A DNA stretch of 25,445 nucleotides from Candidatus Firestoneibacteriota bacterium (GCA_043822305.1 JBDRBU010000005.1:1-25445); one strand, 5' to 3'; shown: positions 8,764 through 18,470, counted from the first letter of the stretch. Made by a program: numbers and translations. Notes: generated by a model not told the origin, from the letters alone.

Positions 8764-8788
8764 TCGCAGGCTGAAGACCTGCGACTAC
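8764..8788 (-). repeat. GTAG-family REP-like hairpin
   Basis: GTAG-TCGCAGG-TCTTCAG-CCTGCGA, 1 nt after the pyrG stop. Confidence 0.75.
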
Positions 8789-8789
8789 A

Positions 8790-10379
8790 TTACATTGCTG
8801 ATTTCACAAAATCCACAAATAATGGATGTGGCCTTAATGGTTTAGATTTAAATTCGGGATGAAACTGAACACCAACAAACCAGGGATGTTCAACAACTTC
8901 TATTATTTCTACAAGTCCACCGTCTTTCGTTGTCCCGGCTATTCTAAGTCCTTTTTCAACCATTCTTTGCTTATATTCATTATTAAACTCATATCTATGT
9001 CTATGTCTTTCAGAAATTTCTTCTTCTTTGTAAGCATTGTATGTAAAAGATTCTTTATTTAATTTACAAATCCATGCTCCAAGCCGCATTGTTCCACCTT
9101 TATCCGTTACTTTCTTTTGTTCGTCCATCAATGATATTACCGGATGAGGATTATCCTCTACAAATTCAGTACTATTTGATTCCTTACACTCACATACATT
9201 CCTGGCAAATTCAATTACAGCACATTGCATTCCCAGACAAATACCAAAAAATGGTATTTTTTCTTCTCTTACATATCTTATGGCTTCTATCTTACCCTCA
9301 ATCCCTCTAATTCCAAAACCTCCTGGAACAAGTATTCCTGAAAACTCACTCAAAACTGATTTTGCACCTTTTTTAATTACATCGTCAGAATCAATCCAAT
9401 GTAATTTAACCCTTACATTATTAGCTGCACCAGCATGAACAAATGCCTCTATAATACTTTTATATGCATCCTGAAGTCCAACATACTTACCTACAATCCC
9501 TATATCCACTGTTTTCGTGGAATATTTAATCTTTTTAACAACTTTTTCCCAGGCTGAAATATCCTGCTTACCATACCTTAAATTAAGTAGTTTCATAATT
9601 ATTATATCAAGTCCTTCTTCCTTAAAGGCTAATGGTACTTCATACACAGTTTGAGAATCTAAAGCCTGAATTACACCCTCTTCTTCAACATTGCAAAATA
9701 GCGAAATTTTGCTTCTAATCTCTTTTGATAAAGGTTTCTCTGTTCTGCAAATTAATACATCAGGTTGAATACCTATAGCTCTTAAAGAGGCAACACTATG
9801 CTGTGTTGGTTTTGTTTTTAACTCTCCAGCAGTTTTTATATGCGGAATCAATGTAACATGTATATAAATAACATTCTCCCGGCCTACATCCTTTCTAAAT
9901 TGCCTGATTGCTTCTAAAAATGGCAGACTCTCAATATCGCCTACCGTTCCACCTATCTCTACTATAGCCACATCATATTTATTATCTTTTGTTATTTTGT
10001 AAATCCTTTCCTTTATCTCATTTGTAATATGCGGAACAACCTGTATGGTTTTCCCCAGATAATCACCTTTCCTCTCTTTTGAAATTACAGAAAAGTAAAT
10101 TTGACCGGTTGTAACATTATTATCTTTACCCAAAACTGCACTTGTGAATCTTTCATAATGACCCAAATCCAGATCTGTTTCTGCTCCATCATCAGTAACA
10201 AAAACTTCTCCATGTTGATATGGATTCATTGTGCCAGGGTCAACATTTATATAAGGGTCAAACTTTTGAAGGGTTACCTTCATCCCCCGAGTTTCTAATA
10301 AACAACCAATAGAAGCAGAAGTAATCCCTTTCCCCAGCGAAGAAACAACTCCACCTGTAACAAATATATATTTTGACAT
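8790..10379 (-). CDS. pyrG: CTP synthase
   Basis: [35 protein letters not shown]. Confidence 0.99.
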   Translation of the reverse strand: MSKYIFVTGGVVSSLGKGITSASIGCLLETRGMKVTLQKFDPYINVDPGTMNPYQHGEVFVTDDGAETDLDLGHYERFTSAVLGKDNNVTTGQIYFSVISKERKGDYLGKTIQVVPHITNEIKERIYKITKDNKYDVAIVEIGGTVGDIESLPFLEAIRQFRKDVGRENVIYIHVTLIPHIKTAGELKTKPTQHSVASLRAIGIQPDVLICRTEKPLSKEIRSKISLFCNVEEEGVIQALDSQTVYEVPLAFKEEGLDIIIMKLLNLRYGKQDISAWEKVVKKIKYSTKTVDIGIVGKYVGLQDAYKSIIEAFVHAGAANNVRVKLHWIDSDDVIKKGAKSVLSEFSGILVPGGFGIRGIEGKIEAIRYVREEKIPFFGICLGMQCAVIEFARNVCECKESNSTEFVEDNPHPVISLMDEQKKVTDKGGTMRLGAWICKLNKESFTYNAYKEEEISERHRHRYEFNNEYKQRMVEKGLRIAGTTKDGGLVEIIEVVEHPWFVGVQFHPEFKSKPLRPHPLFVDFVKSAM

Positions 10380-10419
10380 ATTTTACTCCTTTATATATAG
10401 TAATATACAGGAATTTTCA

Positions 10420-10818
10420 TTATTTTTCTTTCTCATATATTTCTATTTCCGGAATTATTTTAAAATGTTTTTTGTTCCCTGTTACTAATATCATTTTATA
10501 AACATAACAAGTTGATGCTATAAGCAAATCAACTAGTTCTATTTGTTTATTTTTTTGTTTTATTTCTGCCGCTTTCCTGCAAATATCAGATGTAATATTT
10601 ATTTTTTTAAAAAAACTTAAAAAATTTTCAACCTCTTCTCTCATCTTTTCATTTAATATACCATAAAATAATTCGTATTCGGTCAAAACACTTATATGTA
10701 AAATTCCACTTTTACATAAATCTAAAAACATTTTTGTATCTTTATTACGTATCTGATTTATAATTATATCTGTATCAACTAGATATCTTGGTCCATAGTC
10801 TGCTATTTCCTCTCTCAC
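10420..10818 (-). CDS. vapC: PIN-domain toxin (VapC-like)
   Basis: LVDTDIII, EYEL, DLLIAST, TGNKKHF; GTGA overlap with the upstream gene. Confidence 0.9.
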   Translation of the reverse strand: MREEIADYGPRYLVDTDIIINQIRNKDTKMFLDLCKSGILHISVLTEYELFYGILNEKMREEVENFLSFFKKINITSDICRKAAEIKQKNKQIELVDLLIASTCYVYKMILVTGNKKHFKIIPEIEIYEKEK

Positions 10819-11099
10819 AAACTCTCCCTTTTGCTAGAATTTAATCCAAACCTTTGAAGCCTCCTCTTAAAACTTTTGTTAAGTTCATCTCTCGTATTTT
10901 TTATTTCATATTTTTTCCCTAAACCGGCAATTCTATTAAGTGCTTCTTCAAAAGTCTTCGGCTTATTTTTATATCTTTCAATCACAGATTCTATCCCCTC
11001 TTCTACTAGTTCAGTTATGCTCTTACCAGTTTCTTTTTTAATTTCCTCTACTTCATGCTTTTTTTTAATATCTACATAGACTAACATTTGAGCTTTCAC
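10815..11099 (-). CDS. Putative antitoxin (ribbon-helix-helix-like) of the VapC toxin
   Basis: Small gene overlapping the vapC start; QMLVYV strand then GKSITELVEEGI helix; GTG 11099 fits the AGGAGG spacing better than 11108. Confidence 0.7.
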   Translation of the reverse strand: MKAQMLVYVDIKKKHEVEEIKKETGKSITELVEEGIESVIERYKNKPKTFEEALNRIAGLGKKYEIKNTRDELNKSFKRRLQRFGLNSSKRESL

Positions 11100-11131
11100 T
11101 ATTACCACCTCCTTTTATTATTTTTTAACTA

Positions 11132-11166
11132 ATATAATTATATCATAAAAAATAATATTTTATCAA
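11132..11166 (-). promoter_or_regulatory. vapBC promoter with an overlapping palindrome (candidate operator)
   Basis: TTGATA (11166-11161), 18 bp, TATAAT (11142-11137) with extended TGn; perfect palindrome ATATAATTATAT at 11132-11143. Confidence 0.65.
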
Positions 11167-11879
11167 GGTAATAACCTTTCTGTAATATTTCTTGGCCATA
11201 TCTTAGCCTGACGAAAAGATTCTGCATATGTAACATTTGATTGCAATCCTCTAAATTTGGCTACGATCATCATAAATTCAATAAAATCAATTTTATCATG
11301 CTCTTTCATCCAGGTTATCTGACTTTCATGACATCCTAACATCTTCTTTTTAGTCTCCATAACACCAGTGATATCCACATATTCAGTTGGAGCAAAGTTT
11401 ACTCCAGCAACTGTATCCATATAATAAATAGGAGTAACTTTTGGATGATAAATATGTTTTGTCTTTAACTGCGGTAAAGTTGCTATAAAACTTGCATCTA
11501 CAACTAATCTACTTGTGGCTACATGGTCTGGCATATAATCATTCGGGTCATGAGTAATAATTAAATCTGGTTTTGCTTCTCTAATCATATCAATAAATTT
11601 TTTAATATCTTTTCTATCATGATGAACATCAAGGTCATGAAAATTAAGATTTATTACTTTTTCTGCTTTAATTAATTTACCTGCTTTTTGTGCTTCTTTT
11701 ATACGAATCTTAGCTAACTTATTCCGTGGAATATGAAAATGTCCTAAATCTCCATTAGTAACATGAGATATAATTACTGTATGCCCGAGTTTAGAATATT
11801 TAGCCAGTGTTCCACCACAAAGTAATTCTACATCGTCTGGATTAGCTCCTACGGCTAAAATTCTTAATTTTGTTTTCAT
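11163..11879 (-). CDS. PIG-L/LmbE family N-acetyl deacetylase
   Basis: GANPDD (normally AHPDD), T.GD.G, R..EA, PDH, HESQ; start 11879 follows GGAGGA. Confidence 0.85.
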   Translation of the reverse strand: MKTKLRILAVGANPDDVELLCGGTLAKYSKLGHTVIISHVTNGDLGHFHIPRNKLAKIRIKEAQKAGKLIKAEKVINLNFHDLDVHHDRKDIKKFIDMIREAKPDLIITHDPNDYMPDHVATSRLVVDASFIATLPQLKTKHIYHPKVTPIYYMDTVAGVNFAPTEYVDITGVMETKKKMLGCHESQITWMKEHDKIDFIEFMMIVAKFRGLQSNVTYAESFRQAKIWPRNITERLLP

Positions 11880-11937
11880 CAGACATTTTCCTCCATTTCC
11901 TTTAAGTCTATAGTTTATTATCCATAGTCTAATATTT

Positions 11938-12894
11938 TTAGTTACATTCTGCAATTAATGGACCTGCAAGTTCTTTTAAAAAGAAAAGTTTTCCTGATAA
12001 TGTAGGCATAAAACTACTGGGGACCCAAATATCAGGGACATATCTTAAAGTAACCCATAAAGAAACACCCTGCCACATCATTCCTCTACCTAAAGTCCCA
12101 TCACAACCTCCAATTATTTTGTGTGCTTTTAAAAATATACCGGGACCTATCGTATTTGCAAAACAAGGAACTAAAGTCGTCCTGCTCTTAAAACTTGTAA
12201 TAGCGTTTTGCTCAATAGTTAAAGGATGAAGTTTTGCTCCTAATCTATATTCTTGTTTTTTCCATTCTTCTATATTTTCAAACTCACCAGCAAAATGTGG
12301 CTCCCAGAAGGCAATATGAAAAACTCTTCCTATACCAAATATTAGTGTCAATTTCGCTCCTTCTTTTAATAATCTAGATATTTTGTCTGGATACTCAGGC
12401 AAATTATCTTTCGTAGCAAAATTTCTTTGCGATTCAGGAATAGTTAACGAACCTAATGGTTCATAAAAAGCTTCTCCCATAGCATTTTGAAATGCTCCAG
12501 AATTATTAGAAGGTAAAGTATTTCCTTTTGCATCACTCCATTCGTCCATATTAAAACCATAAACATGTTTACAATTGATATTCCATTCTTTTAAAAAATA
12601 TACTGCCCATTTATACATACCCATAGGTCCAACAGGTAAAATAAGAATAATTTTTCTTCCTTTTTCTTTGGAATTTTTTATTTCTAACGCAATTTCATGC
12701 CCCATCTTAATATCAAACTCTTCTAAAGTTTCACATAGTATTGGCTGAAAATCTTTATTCCACCAGTCTTGTCTTTTTGTTATAGATTTTGGGGCATGGT
12801 TACAACATCTATCTATTTTTTTTAAATCCCAACCTCTTGGGAAAAAATCTTCCAATAATGAACCGGCTATTGTCCTAAGTAAATCAATCTTCAT
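11938..12894 (-). CDS. Divergent glucosamine-6-phosphate deaminase/isomerase (NagB-fold) protein
   Basis: [24 protein letters not shown] resemble NagB motifs; start 12894 follows AAGGAGAGG. Confidence 0.7.
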   Translation of the reverse strand: MKIDLLRTIAGSLLEDFFPRGWDLKKIDRCCNHAPKSITKRQDWWNKDFQPILCETLEEFDIKMGHEIALEIKNSKEKGRKIILILPVGPMGMYKWAVYFLKEWNINCKHVYGFNMDEWSDAKGNTLPSNNSGAFQNAMGEAFYEPLGSLTIPESQRNFATKDNLPEYPDKISRLLKEGAKLTLIFGIGRVFHIAFWEPHFAGEFENIEEWKKQEYRLGAKLHPLTIEQNAITSFKSRTTLVPCFANTIGPGIFLKAHKIIGGCDGTLGRGMMWQGVSLWVTLRYVPDIWVPSSFMPTLSGKLFFLKELAGPLIAECN

Positions 12895-12979
12895 AATCCT
12901 CTCCTTTCTTCTACAAACTAGGGACAGTACTATTTTATTAATCACTACCTTTTCAATCTACTATTCTTCCTTTATTTTT

Positions 12980-13519
12980 TCACCTGATTATAGCAATCTT
13001 CTTTACTATATTTAATCCAGGACCTTCTGCTTTTACTATATAAATACCTGATGAAAGAATATTCCCATCCTCATTCTTGCAGTCATAATTATAACTATCC
13101 TCTTGTGGCAATCCACTTGCATTTACTGATATTATTTTTACTAATTCACTTCTTAAATTGTATATCTTAAAAGTTACAGAACCAGTAGATGTAGTTCTAT
13201 ATACAAAATTTGCTACTTCGTTTTTGTTTGGATTTACATATCCTTCTTTTCCACCAATAATTTTGAAATAACTAGAACTGGAACCAGGCTGGATACCTTG
13301 ACTATATTTTCTTATCCAGATATTAGTACCCTGTCCAGTAACTGTTTCACACCCAGTAACATATACATTTCCTGAACCATCTACTACTATTCCATATCCA
13401 TGATCATCACCATTAGCAGACCCATTATATGTCTTAGTCCATATCTCAGAAACTTCTTCTCCTATAGAAATTCGACTAATTAAAACTATTGCCAACATTA
13501 TTTTTACAAATATTTTCAT
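12980..13519 (-). CDS. Small secreted protein: signal peptide, one SBBP-type beta-propeller repeat, FlgD-Ig/T9SS-like C-terminal domain
   Basis: Hydrophobic N-terminus; WTKTYNG...VDGSGNVYVTG...IWIRKY; KIYNL..ELV...SGIYIVK...KKIAIIR. Confidence 0.75.
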   Translation of the reverse strand: MKIFVKIMLAIVLISRISIGEEVSEIWTKTYNGSANGDDHGYGIVVDGSGNVYVTGCETVTGQGTNIWIRKYSQGIQPGSSSSYFKIIGGKEGYVNPNKNEVANFVYRTTSTGSVTFKIYNLRSELVKIISVNASGLPQEDSYNYDCKNEDGNILSSGIYIVKAEGPGLNIVKKIAIIR

Positions 13520-13553
13520 TTTTCCTCTTGCTACAACAACTACAAACAGATTT

Positions 13554-14492
13554 TTATTTTTTCCTATGTTTTCCTATTTCTTCTTCTCCCAACTTCATCC
13601 CTATACTTATCCTGTGTGTTAATCCTAATACTTTACCAAAACTTGCTCCGTAATCAAATCCAAATTCATTTAATCTATACCCTACTCCTACTGTCCAACT
13701 TTGGTCATCTACTGAACTGAATGGAACTCCTATCCTTACTGAAATGTCTCCGTAATTACCTTCTATACCACTTCTTATCATTAAAACTTTATCATTTAAA
13801 CTATATACTCCATCTACGGCTACTAAAAGTTTTATATCCTCTATTATATTAAAATTATATGACACTCCTCCTTGAATGTTTATTGGTAAACTTTCCACTG
13901 TATCTAAATATTTTAATCCGGTCCCTATATTGACCACTGATGCTCCTACATTAACTTCATCCAAAATCAACCCTTTGTATATTGCACCTACATCTGCTGC
14001 TATACCTGATGCACTCCTTGAATTAACTAAACTGCTGTATAATACTTTTGCACTTGCTCCTAATCCTAATTTCTCTCCAAATGGTATTCCTATGCTAATA
14101 GTTCCTCTTACATCCTGCTCACTTATTACATTGGTAGTACTTCCATCTATAAAATTTAATTCCATCTCTCCACCATTTAAATATGCTACACTTATCCCTG
14201 CATTCCCAAATCCTATCGGCTGACCATATGTTATACTTCCATAATTCATTCCTGTGGTTCCACTATTATAGTATAATACTGATATCTCGGAAACTTTAAG
14301 TCCAACTAAAGATGCGGGATTGTAATGTAAAAACGTTACATCCTCTGTTAATGACGAGCATGCTCCTCCTAATCCTACTGACCTTGCACCTAATGGCTCA
14401 AGCAATACTCCTCCTGAGGTAGCACCTGCACCTGCAAATACAAAATTACAATTAAATACAACAAAAACGATTAAAATTAAACTCTTTTTCAT
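13554..14492 (-). CDS. PorV/PorQ-like (FadL-like) outer-membrane beta-barrel
   Basis: Signal peptide; GARSVGLGGA and YNPASL motifs; alternating amphipathic strands; terminal HRISIGMKL. Confidence 0.8.
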   Translation of the reverse strand: MKKSLILIVFVVFNCNFVFAGAGATSGGVLLEPLGARSVGLGGACSSLTEDVTFLHYNPASLVGLKVSEISVLYYNSGTTGMNYGSITYGQPIGFGNAGISVAYLNGGEMELNFIDGSTTNVISEQDVRGTISIGIPFGEKLGLGASAKVLYSSLVNSRSASGIAADVGAIYKGLILDEVNVGASVVNIGTGLKYLDTVESLPINIQGGVSYNFNIIEDIKLLVAVDGVYSLNDKVLMIRSGIEGNYGDISVRIGVPFSSVDDQSWTVGVGYRLNEFGFDYGASFGKVLGLTHRISIGMKLGEEEIGKHRKK

Positions 14493-14518
14493 ATACCTTT
14501 TCTCCTTTCTTTTGTAGA

Positions 14519-14695
14519 TTAATTTTTCACATATTTTAATTTACATATGATTTTAGCTGCTGACACTCTTGCAACTTTGCCGTTCTGCCAAATCACAAGC
14601 GGTCGGCCGGTCTTTTTATGATTCTCAATAACTTCTCTTACAGCTTCCTTAAGGGCTAATTCAGCTTTATCATGTAATGTTAAACGCTTTTTCAT
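14519..14695 (-). CDS. Unannotated 58-aa protein, likely partner of the zeta-like ATPase
   Basis: Manually translated MKKRLTLHDKAELALKEAVREVIENHKKTGRPLVIWQNGKVARVSAAKIICKLKYVKN; SD GGAG overlaps the upstream stop; absent from the ORF track. Confidence 0.75.
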   Translation of the reverse strand: MKKRLTLHDKAELALKEAVREVIENHKKTGRPLVIWQNGKVARVSAAKIICKLKYVKN

Positions 14696-14699
14696 TAAA

Positions 14700-15278
14700 T
14701 CACTCCAAATTTGTTTTTATAATCCTATTATACAAATCTTCGTTAATTATTACAAGTCTGTTATTTGACTCCTTAGCAACCAAATTCGGCATAGTCCCTG
14801 AATTATCAAACAACATCCATGAGTTTAAAAGAGGACTGTATAATCTTAAAAAATTATGAATTCCACGATAAAATCTTCTCCTAACATCCTCTGCTGACAC
14901 ATTATGACCACCTTCGACTACCCTATCTTTAATTCGACCAATTGCCAATTCTGGCGTTGGAATCCACAAAAAAAATATATGTAAAGAATAACCTCTTTTC
15001 CTTAATCTCTTGAATAGATTTACATAAGATTTCCCCGATAATGTGGTTTCAAAAGCAAAATCAAGATTCCTGTCTGTAAAGTTACTGATCTGCTCAAGAA
15101 CAAGCCTTCCTGCTTTCATGGCCGCAATCCGAGGAGAAAAAGGAGATAACCCTTGGGCAATGAGATCCGCATTAATAAAATTTAAACATTTTGCATAATC
15201 AGGCAAAAATTTTTTCGCAAAGGTCGTTTTTCCCGACCCATTAGAACCAGCAATAATATAAATATTTTTGTCTTTCAT
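14700..15278 (-). CDS. Zeta-toxin-like P-loop ATPase/kinase
   Basis: IAGSNGSGKTT Walker A, FINAD.IA, FAFETTLSG, RV..GGH.V, DNS; start either ATG 15278 or TTG 15293. Confidence 0.88.
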   Translation of the reverse strand: MKDKNIYIIAGSNGSGKTTFAKKFLPDYAKCLNFINADLIAQGLSPFSPRIAAMKAGRLVLEQISNFTDRNLDFAFETTLSGKSYVNLFKRLRKRGYSLHIFFLWIPTPELAIGRIKDRVVEGGHNVSAEDVRRRFYRGIHNFLRLYSPLLNSWMLFDNSGTMPNLVAKESNNRLVIINEDLYNRIIKTNLE

Positions 15279-15313
15279 ATTTATAACCGCCAACCTATTC
15301 CTTTTATATACGA

Positions 15314-16159
15314 TTATTTTACTATTATATTATCTATCAGTCTGGTTTTTCCAATTTGGACAGCAAGGGCAATTAAAATCTCTCCGGAAATTGTTTCTAT
15401 ATCTTCAAGTGTTTCAGGGTCAACAATAGAAACATAGTCTATCTTAATTAAATGATATTTGCTTATCTTTTTTTTCATTTCTTTCAATATCTTTTTAGCA
15501 TCTTTTTCACCTAATTCTATCATATGTTGTGCCATGTGTAATGTTTTATATAGCCCTGGGGCTATCTTTCTTTCTCTGATTGATAAATAGGTATTTCTGG
15601 AACTCATGGCCAGACCATCTTCCTCACGAACAGTTGGACAAATCACAATATCAACTTTCATATTTAAATCTTTTACCATTTTTTTAATTACAACACATTG
15701 TTGAGCATCCTTCTGACCAAAATAAGCTTTATTTGGTGCAACTATATTAAATAATTTAGTAACTACTGTGGCCACACCTTTAAAATGATCTGGTCTGCTT
15801 TTTCCACATAGTGTTTTAGTAATATTTGATCCAATATCAATAAATGTAAAATATCCCTCTGGATAGATTTCAGTAGCCGTTGGATTAAAAACAAGATCAA
15901 CATCTAAATCCTCTATTATTTTCAAATCCCTTGTTAAATCGCGCGGATATTTATCAAAATCTTCATTTTTCACAAATTGAATCGGATTAATAAATATGCT
16001 TACCACAGTAATATTACATTCCTTCTTTGCAGATCTAATTAAACTTAAATGACCTTCATGAAGATATCCCATTGTAGGCACAAATCCTATTATTTTACCG
16101 CGTTTTCTAAAATCATCTAAAATGGCTATTATGTCTTTTACTTTATATATCACTTTCAT
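15314..16159 (-). CDS. panC: Pantothenate synthetase
   Basis: PTMGYLHEGH, FGQKDAQQ, GLAMSSRN, RLIDN. Confidence 0.97.
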   Translation of the reverse strand: MKVIYKVKDIIAILDDFRKRGKIIGFVPTMGYLHEGHLSLIRSAKKECNITVVSIFINPIQFVKNEDFDKYPRDLTRDLKIIEDLDVDLVFNPTATEIYPEGYFTFIDIGSNITKTLCGKSRPDHFKGVATVVTKLFNIVAPNKAYFGQKDAQQCVVIKKMVKDLNMKVDIVICPTVREEDGLAMSSRNTYLSIRERKIAPGLYKTLHMAQHMIELGEKDAKKILKEMKKKISKYHLIKIDYVSIVDPETLEDIETISGEILIALAVQIGKTRLIDNIIVK

Positions 16160-16797
16160 TATTTATCTCCTGAAACCGGCAAATAATACTTAGTCCCTAT
16201 TTTCATATCATTTATAGCCTTCAGAAGGTCTTTTAAATCATCTGGTTTATGAACAAAGTCAATATCATTTGTATTTACTATTAGTAACGGAGATTCCTTG
16301 TAATGCAAGAAAAACTGATTATATGCTTTATTAATTTTATCAACATAATCATATGGAATATTTCTTTCATAAAACCTTCCTCGCATTTTAATTCTTCGGA
16401 TGAGAATTTCTGTATTTGCCTGTAAAAGTACAACTAAATCCGGCTTAGGAGTTTGTAACTTTAGTATAGTGTATATTTTTTCATACAAAATGAGTTCATT
16501 TTCATCTAAATTTAAATACGCAAAAACTCTATCTTTCTCAAACATATAATCCGACATAATACCCTTAGAAAATAATTCATGTTGGAACAATTCTTGCTGT
16601 TGTTTATACCTATTAAGTAAAAAGAATATCTGGGTTTGAAAAGCATATGCTTTCATATCCTTATAAAACTTTGGGAGAAAAGGATTCTCTTCAACAACTT
16701 CTAAAACAGGTTTATATTTAAACTCTTTAGTAGCTAACTCGACTAAACTGGTTTTCCCTACGCCTATCGGACCTTCTACGACTATATATCTATTCAT
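16159..16797 (-). CDS. Deoxynucleoside kinase family protein
   Basis: VEGPIGVGKTS, NPFL..FY, FLLNR, RGR.YE lid. Confidence 0.92.
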   Translation of the reverse strand: MNRYIVVEGPIGVGKTSLVELATKEFKYKPVLEVVEENPFLPKFYKDMKAYAFQTQIFFLLNRYKQQQELFQHELFSKGIMSDYMFEKDRVFAYLNLDENELILYEKIYTILKLQTPKPDLVVLLQANTEILIRRIKMRGRFYERNIPYDYVDKINKAYNQFFLHYKESPLLIVNTNDIDFVHKPDDLKDLLKAINDMKIGTKYYLPVSGDK

Positions 16798-17261
16798 TAA
16801 AATTTCTTCCTTTGACCCAATAACTTTTTGACACTTTTCTTAAACACTGGATGCATTAGATTAGGTGAAATTTCTACTAAAGGCACAAGAACAAATTTTC
16901 TTTTATGAAGTAATTTATGTGGTATAGTTAATTCTCTTGTTTTAATAATCTTATTACCAAAAAATAGTATATCTAAATCTATTGTTCTCGGCCCCCATTT
17001 TACTATTTTTTTTCTTTTAAGTCTTTTTTCTATTTCATTACATTTGTTAAGCAAATTAAAAGAAGTAAGGCTTGTCTTTATTTTTATTACTAAATTAAGA
17101 AATTTATTTTGTTTAACATTCCCAACTGGTTGTGTTTCATAAACAGAAGAAGTATCTATTAGACTAATATCTTTTTTTTCTTTTAAAAGAGTGATTGCTT
17201 TTTTCAAATTATTCAATCTATGGCCTAAATTACTACCTAATCCAATATACACTATGGGCAT
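16797..17261 (-). CDS. folK: HPPK (7,8-dihydro-6-hydroxymethylpterin pyrophosphokinase)
   Basis: GLGSNLG, WGPRTIDLDIL, IPH, R.FVL.PL. Confidence 0.96.
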   Translation of the reverse strand: MPIVYIGLGSNLGHRLNNLKKAITLLKEKKDISLIDTSSVYETQPVGNVKQNKFLNLVIKIKTSLTSFNLLNKCNEIEKRLKRKKIVKWGPRTIDLDILFFGNKIIKTRELTIPHKLLHKRKFVLVPLVEISPNLMHPVFKKSVKKLLGQRKKF

Positions 17262-18439
17262 AATTTTTTCAATCTATCTATTGCTTCTCTTATCCTCTCA
17301 ATAGAAGTTGTAATTGTCATTCTTATGTAGCCTTCTCCATACTTTCCAAATCCAATACCTGGTGTAGAAACTATACCGGCTTTAGTAAGTAAATATTTAA
17401 CAAACTCACTTGATGATGATTTAACCTTTTTGCTTATAAATCTTTCAGGTACTTTCACCCAAACATAAAAAGTTGCCATTGGGTTATTTACATCCAAACC
17501 AATTGACCTTAAACCATTAATTAAACAATCTCTTCTTTCTTGATAAATTCTTCTTAAATCATTTGTAAACCTGTCCGGTAGATTTAATGCAGTTATCCCT
17601 GCTTTCTGTATGGCATGAAATATACCTGAATCTACATTCTCTTTTGTTTTTGCTAATCCAGAAAGAACATCTTTATTCCCAACTGCAAATCCTATACGCC
17701 AACCAGTCATATTAAATGTTTTTGAAAGTGAATGAAATTCCACTCCTACATCTTTCGCTCCTTTAATTTCAAGAAAACTTATTGGTTTAATATTATCATA
17801 ATAAATCTCAGAATATGCTGCATCATGACAAATTATAATATTATATTTTTTTGCAAAACGAACAACTTCTTCAAAAAAATCCTTTGTGGCTACAGATGAA
17901 GTAGGATTATTTGGATAGTTTAAAAACATTAACTTTGACTTTTTTAAAACTTTAACTGGGATTTTCTTTAATTCTGGAAGATAATTATTTTTTTCAAGTA
18001 AAGGCATTATATAAGGAATACCGCCTGCAAATATTGTTCCACTATTATAAGCAGGATACCCAGGGTCCGGAATCAAAACCACATCTCCCGGATTAACAAA
18101 AGATAAAGGAATATGACCTATCCCTTCTTTTGAACCTATTAAAGCCAATACCTCATTATCAGGATTAAGAGAAACATTAAATCTTTTCATATACCAGTTA
18201 GATATTGCTATTTTAAGTTCTTTAAGTCCACTTCCTAACGGATATTTATGATTTTCAGGTTTTCTAATCTCTTCGGCCATCTTATCAATAATTGGTGTTA
18301 AAGTAGGCAAATCAGGGTCCCCAATTCCTAAATCTATAACATCAATCCCATCTTCTTTTGCTTTCTTTTTCATTTTATCTATTTCAATAAATAAATAAGG
18401 TGGTAGTTTTTTTAATCTATTTGCTGCTTTTATTTTCAT
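17252..18439 (-). CDS. dapL: LL-diaminopimelate aminotransferase (PLP class I)
   Basis: PPYLF, GIGDPD, GSKEG, YPNNPT, HDAAY, SLSKTFNMTGWRIG; dap operon context; start 18439 follows GGAGG. Confidence 0.88.
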   Translation of the reverse strand: MKIKAANRLKKLPPYLFIEIDKMKKKAKEDGIDVIDLGIGDPDLPTLTPIIDKMAEEIRKPENHKYPLGSGLKELKIAISNWYMKRFNVSLNPDNEVLALIGSKEGIGHIPLSFVNPGDVVLIPDPGYPAYNSGTIFAGGIPYIMPLLEKNNYLPELKKIPVKVLKKSKLMFLNYPNNPTSSVATKDFFEEVVRFAKKYNIIICHDAAYSEIYYDNIKPISFLEIKGAKDVGVEFHSLSKTFNMTGWRIGFAVGNKDVLSGLAKTKENVDSGIFHAIQKAGITALNLPDRFTNDLRRIYQERRDCLINGLRSIGLDVNNPMATFYVWVKVPERFISKKVKSSSSEFVKYLLTKAGIVSTPGIGFGKYGEGYIRMTITTSIERIREAIDRLKKLCP

Positions 18440-18470
18440 CTTCCCTCCCTGAATAGCACTACATAACAAA
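18437..18470 (-). repeat. Left copy of an imperfect direct repeat flanking RM pair 2 (contains the dapL RBS and ATG)
   Basis: CATCTTCCCTCC...ACTACATAACAAA; blocks match 20233-20262 at 10/12 and 12/13. Confidence 0.55.
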
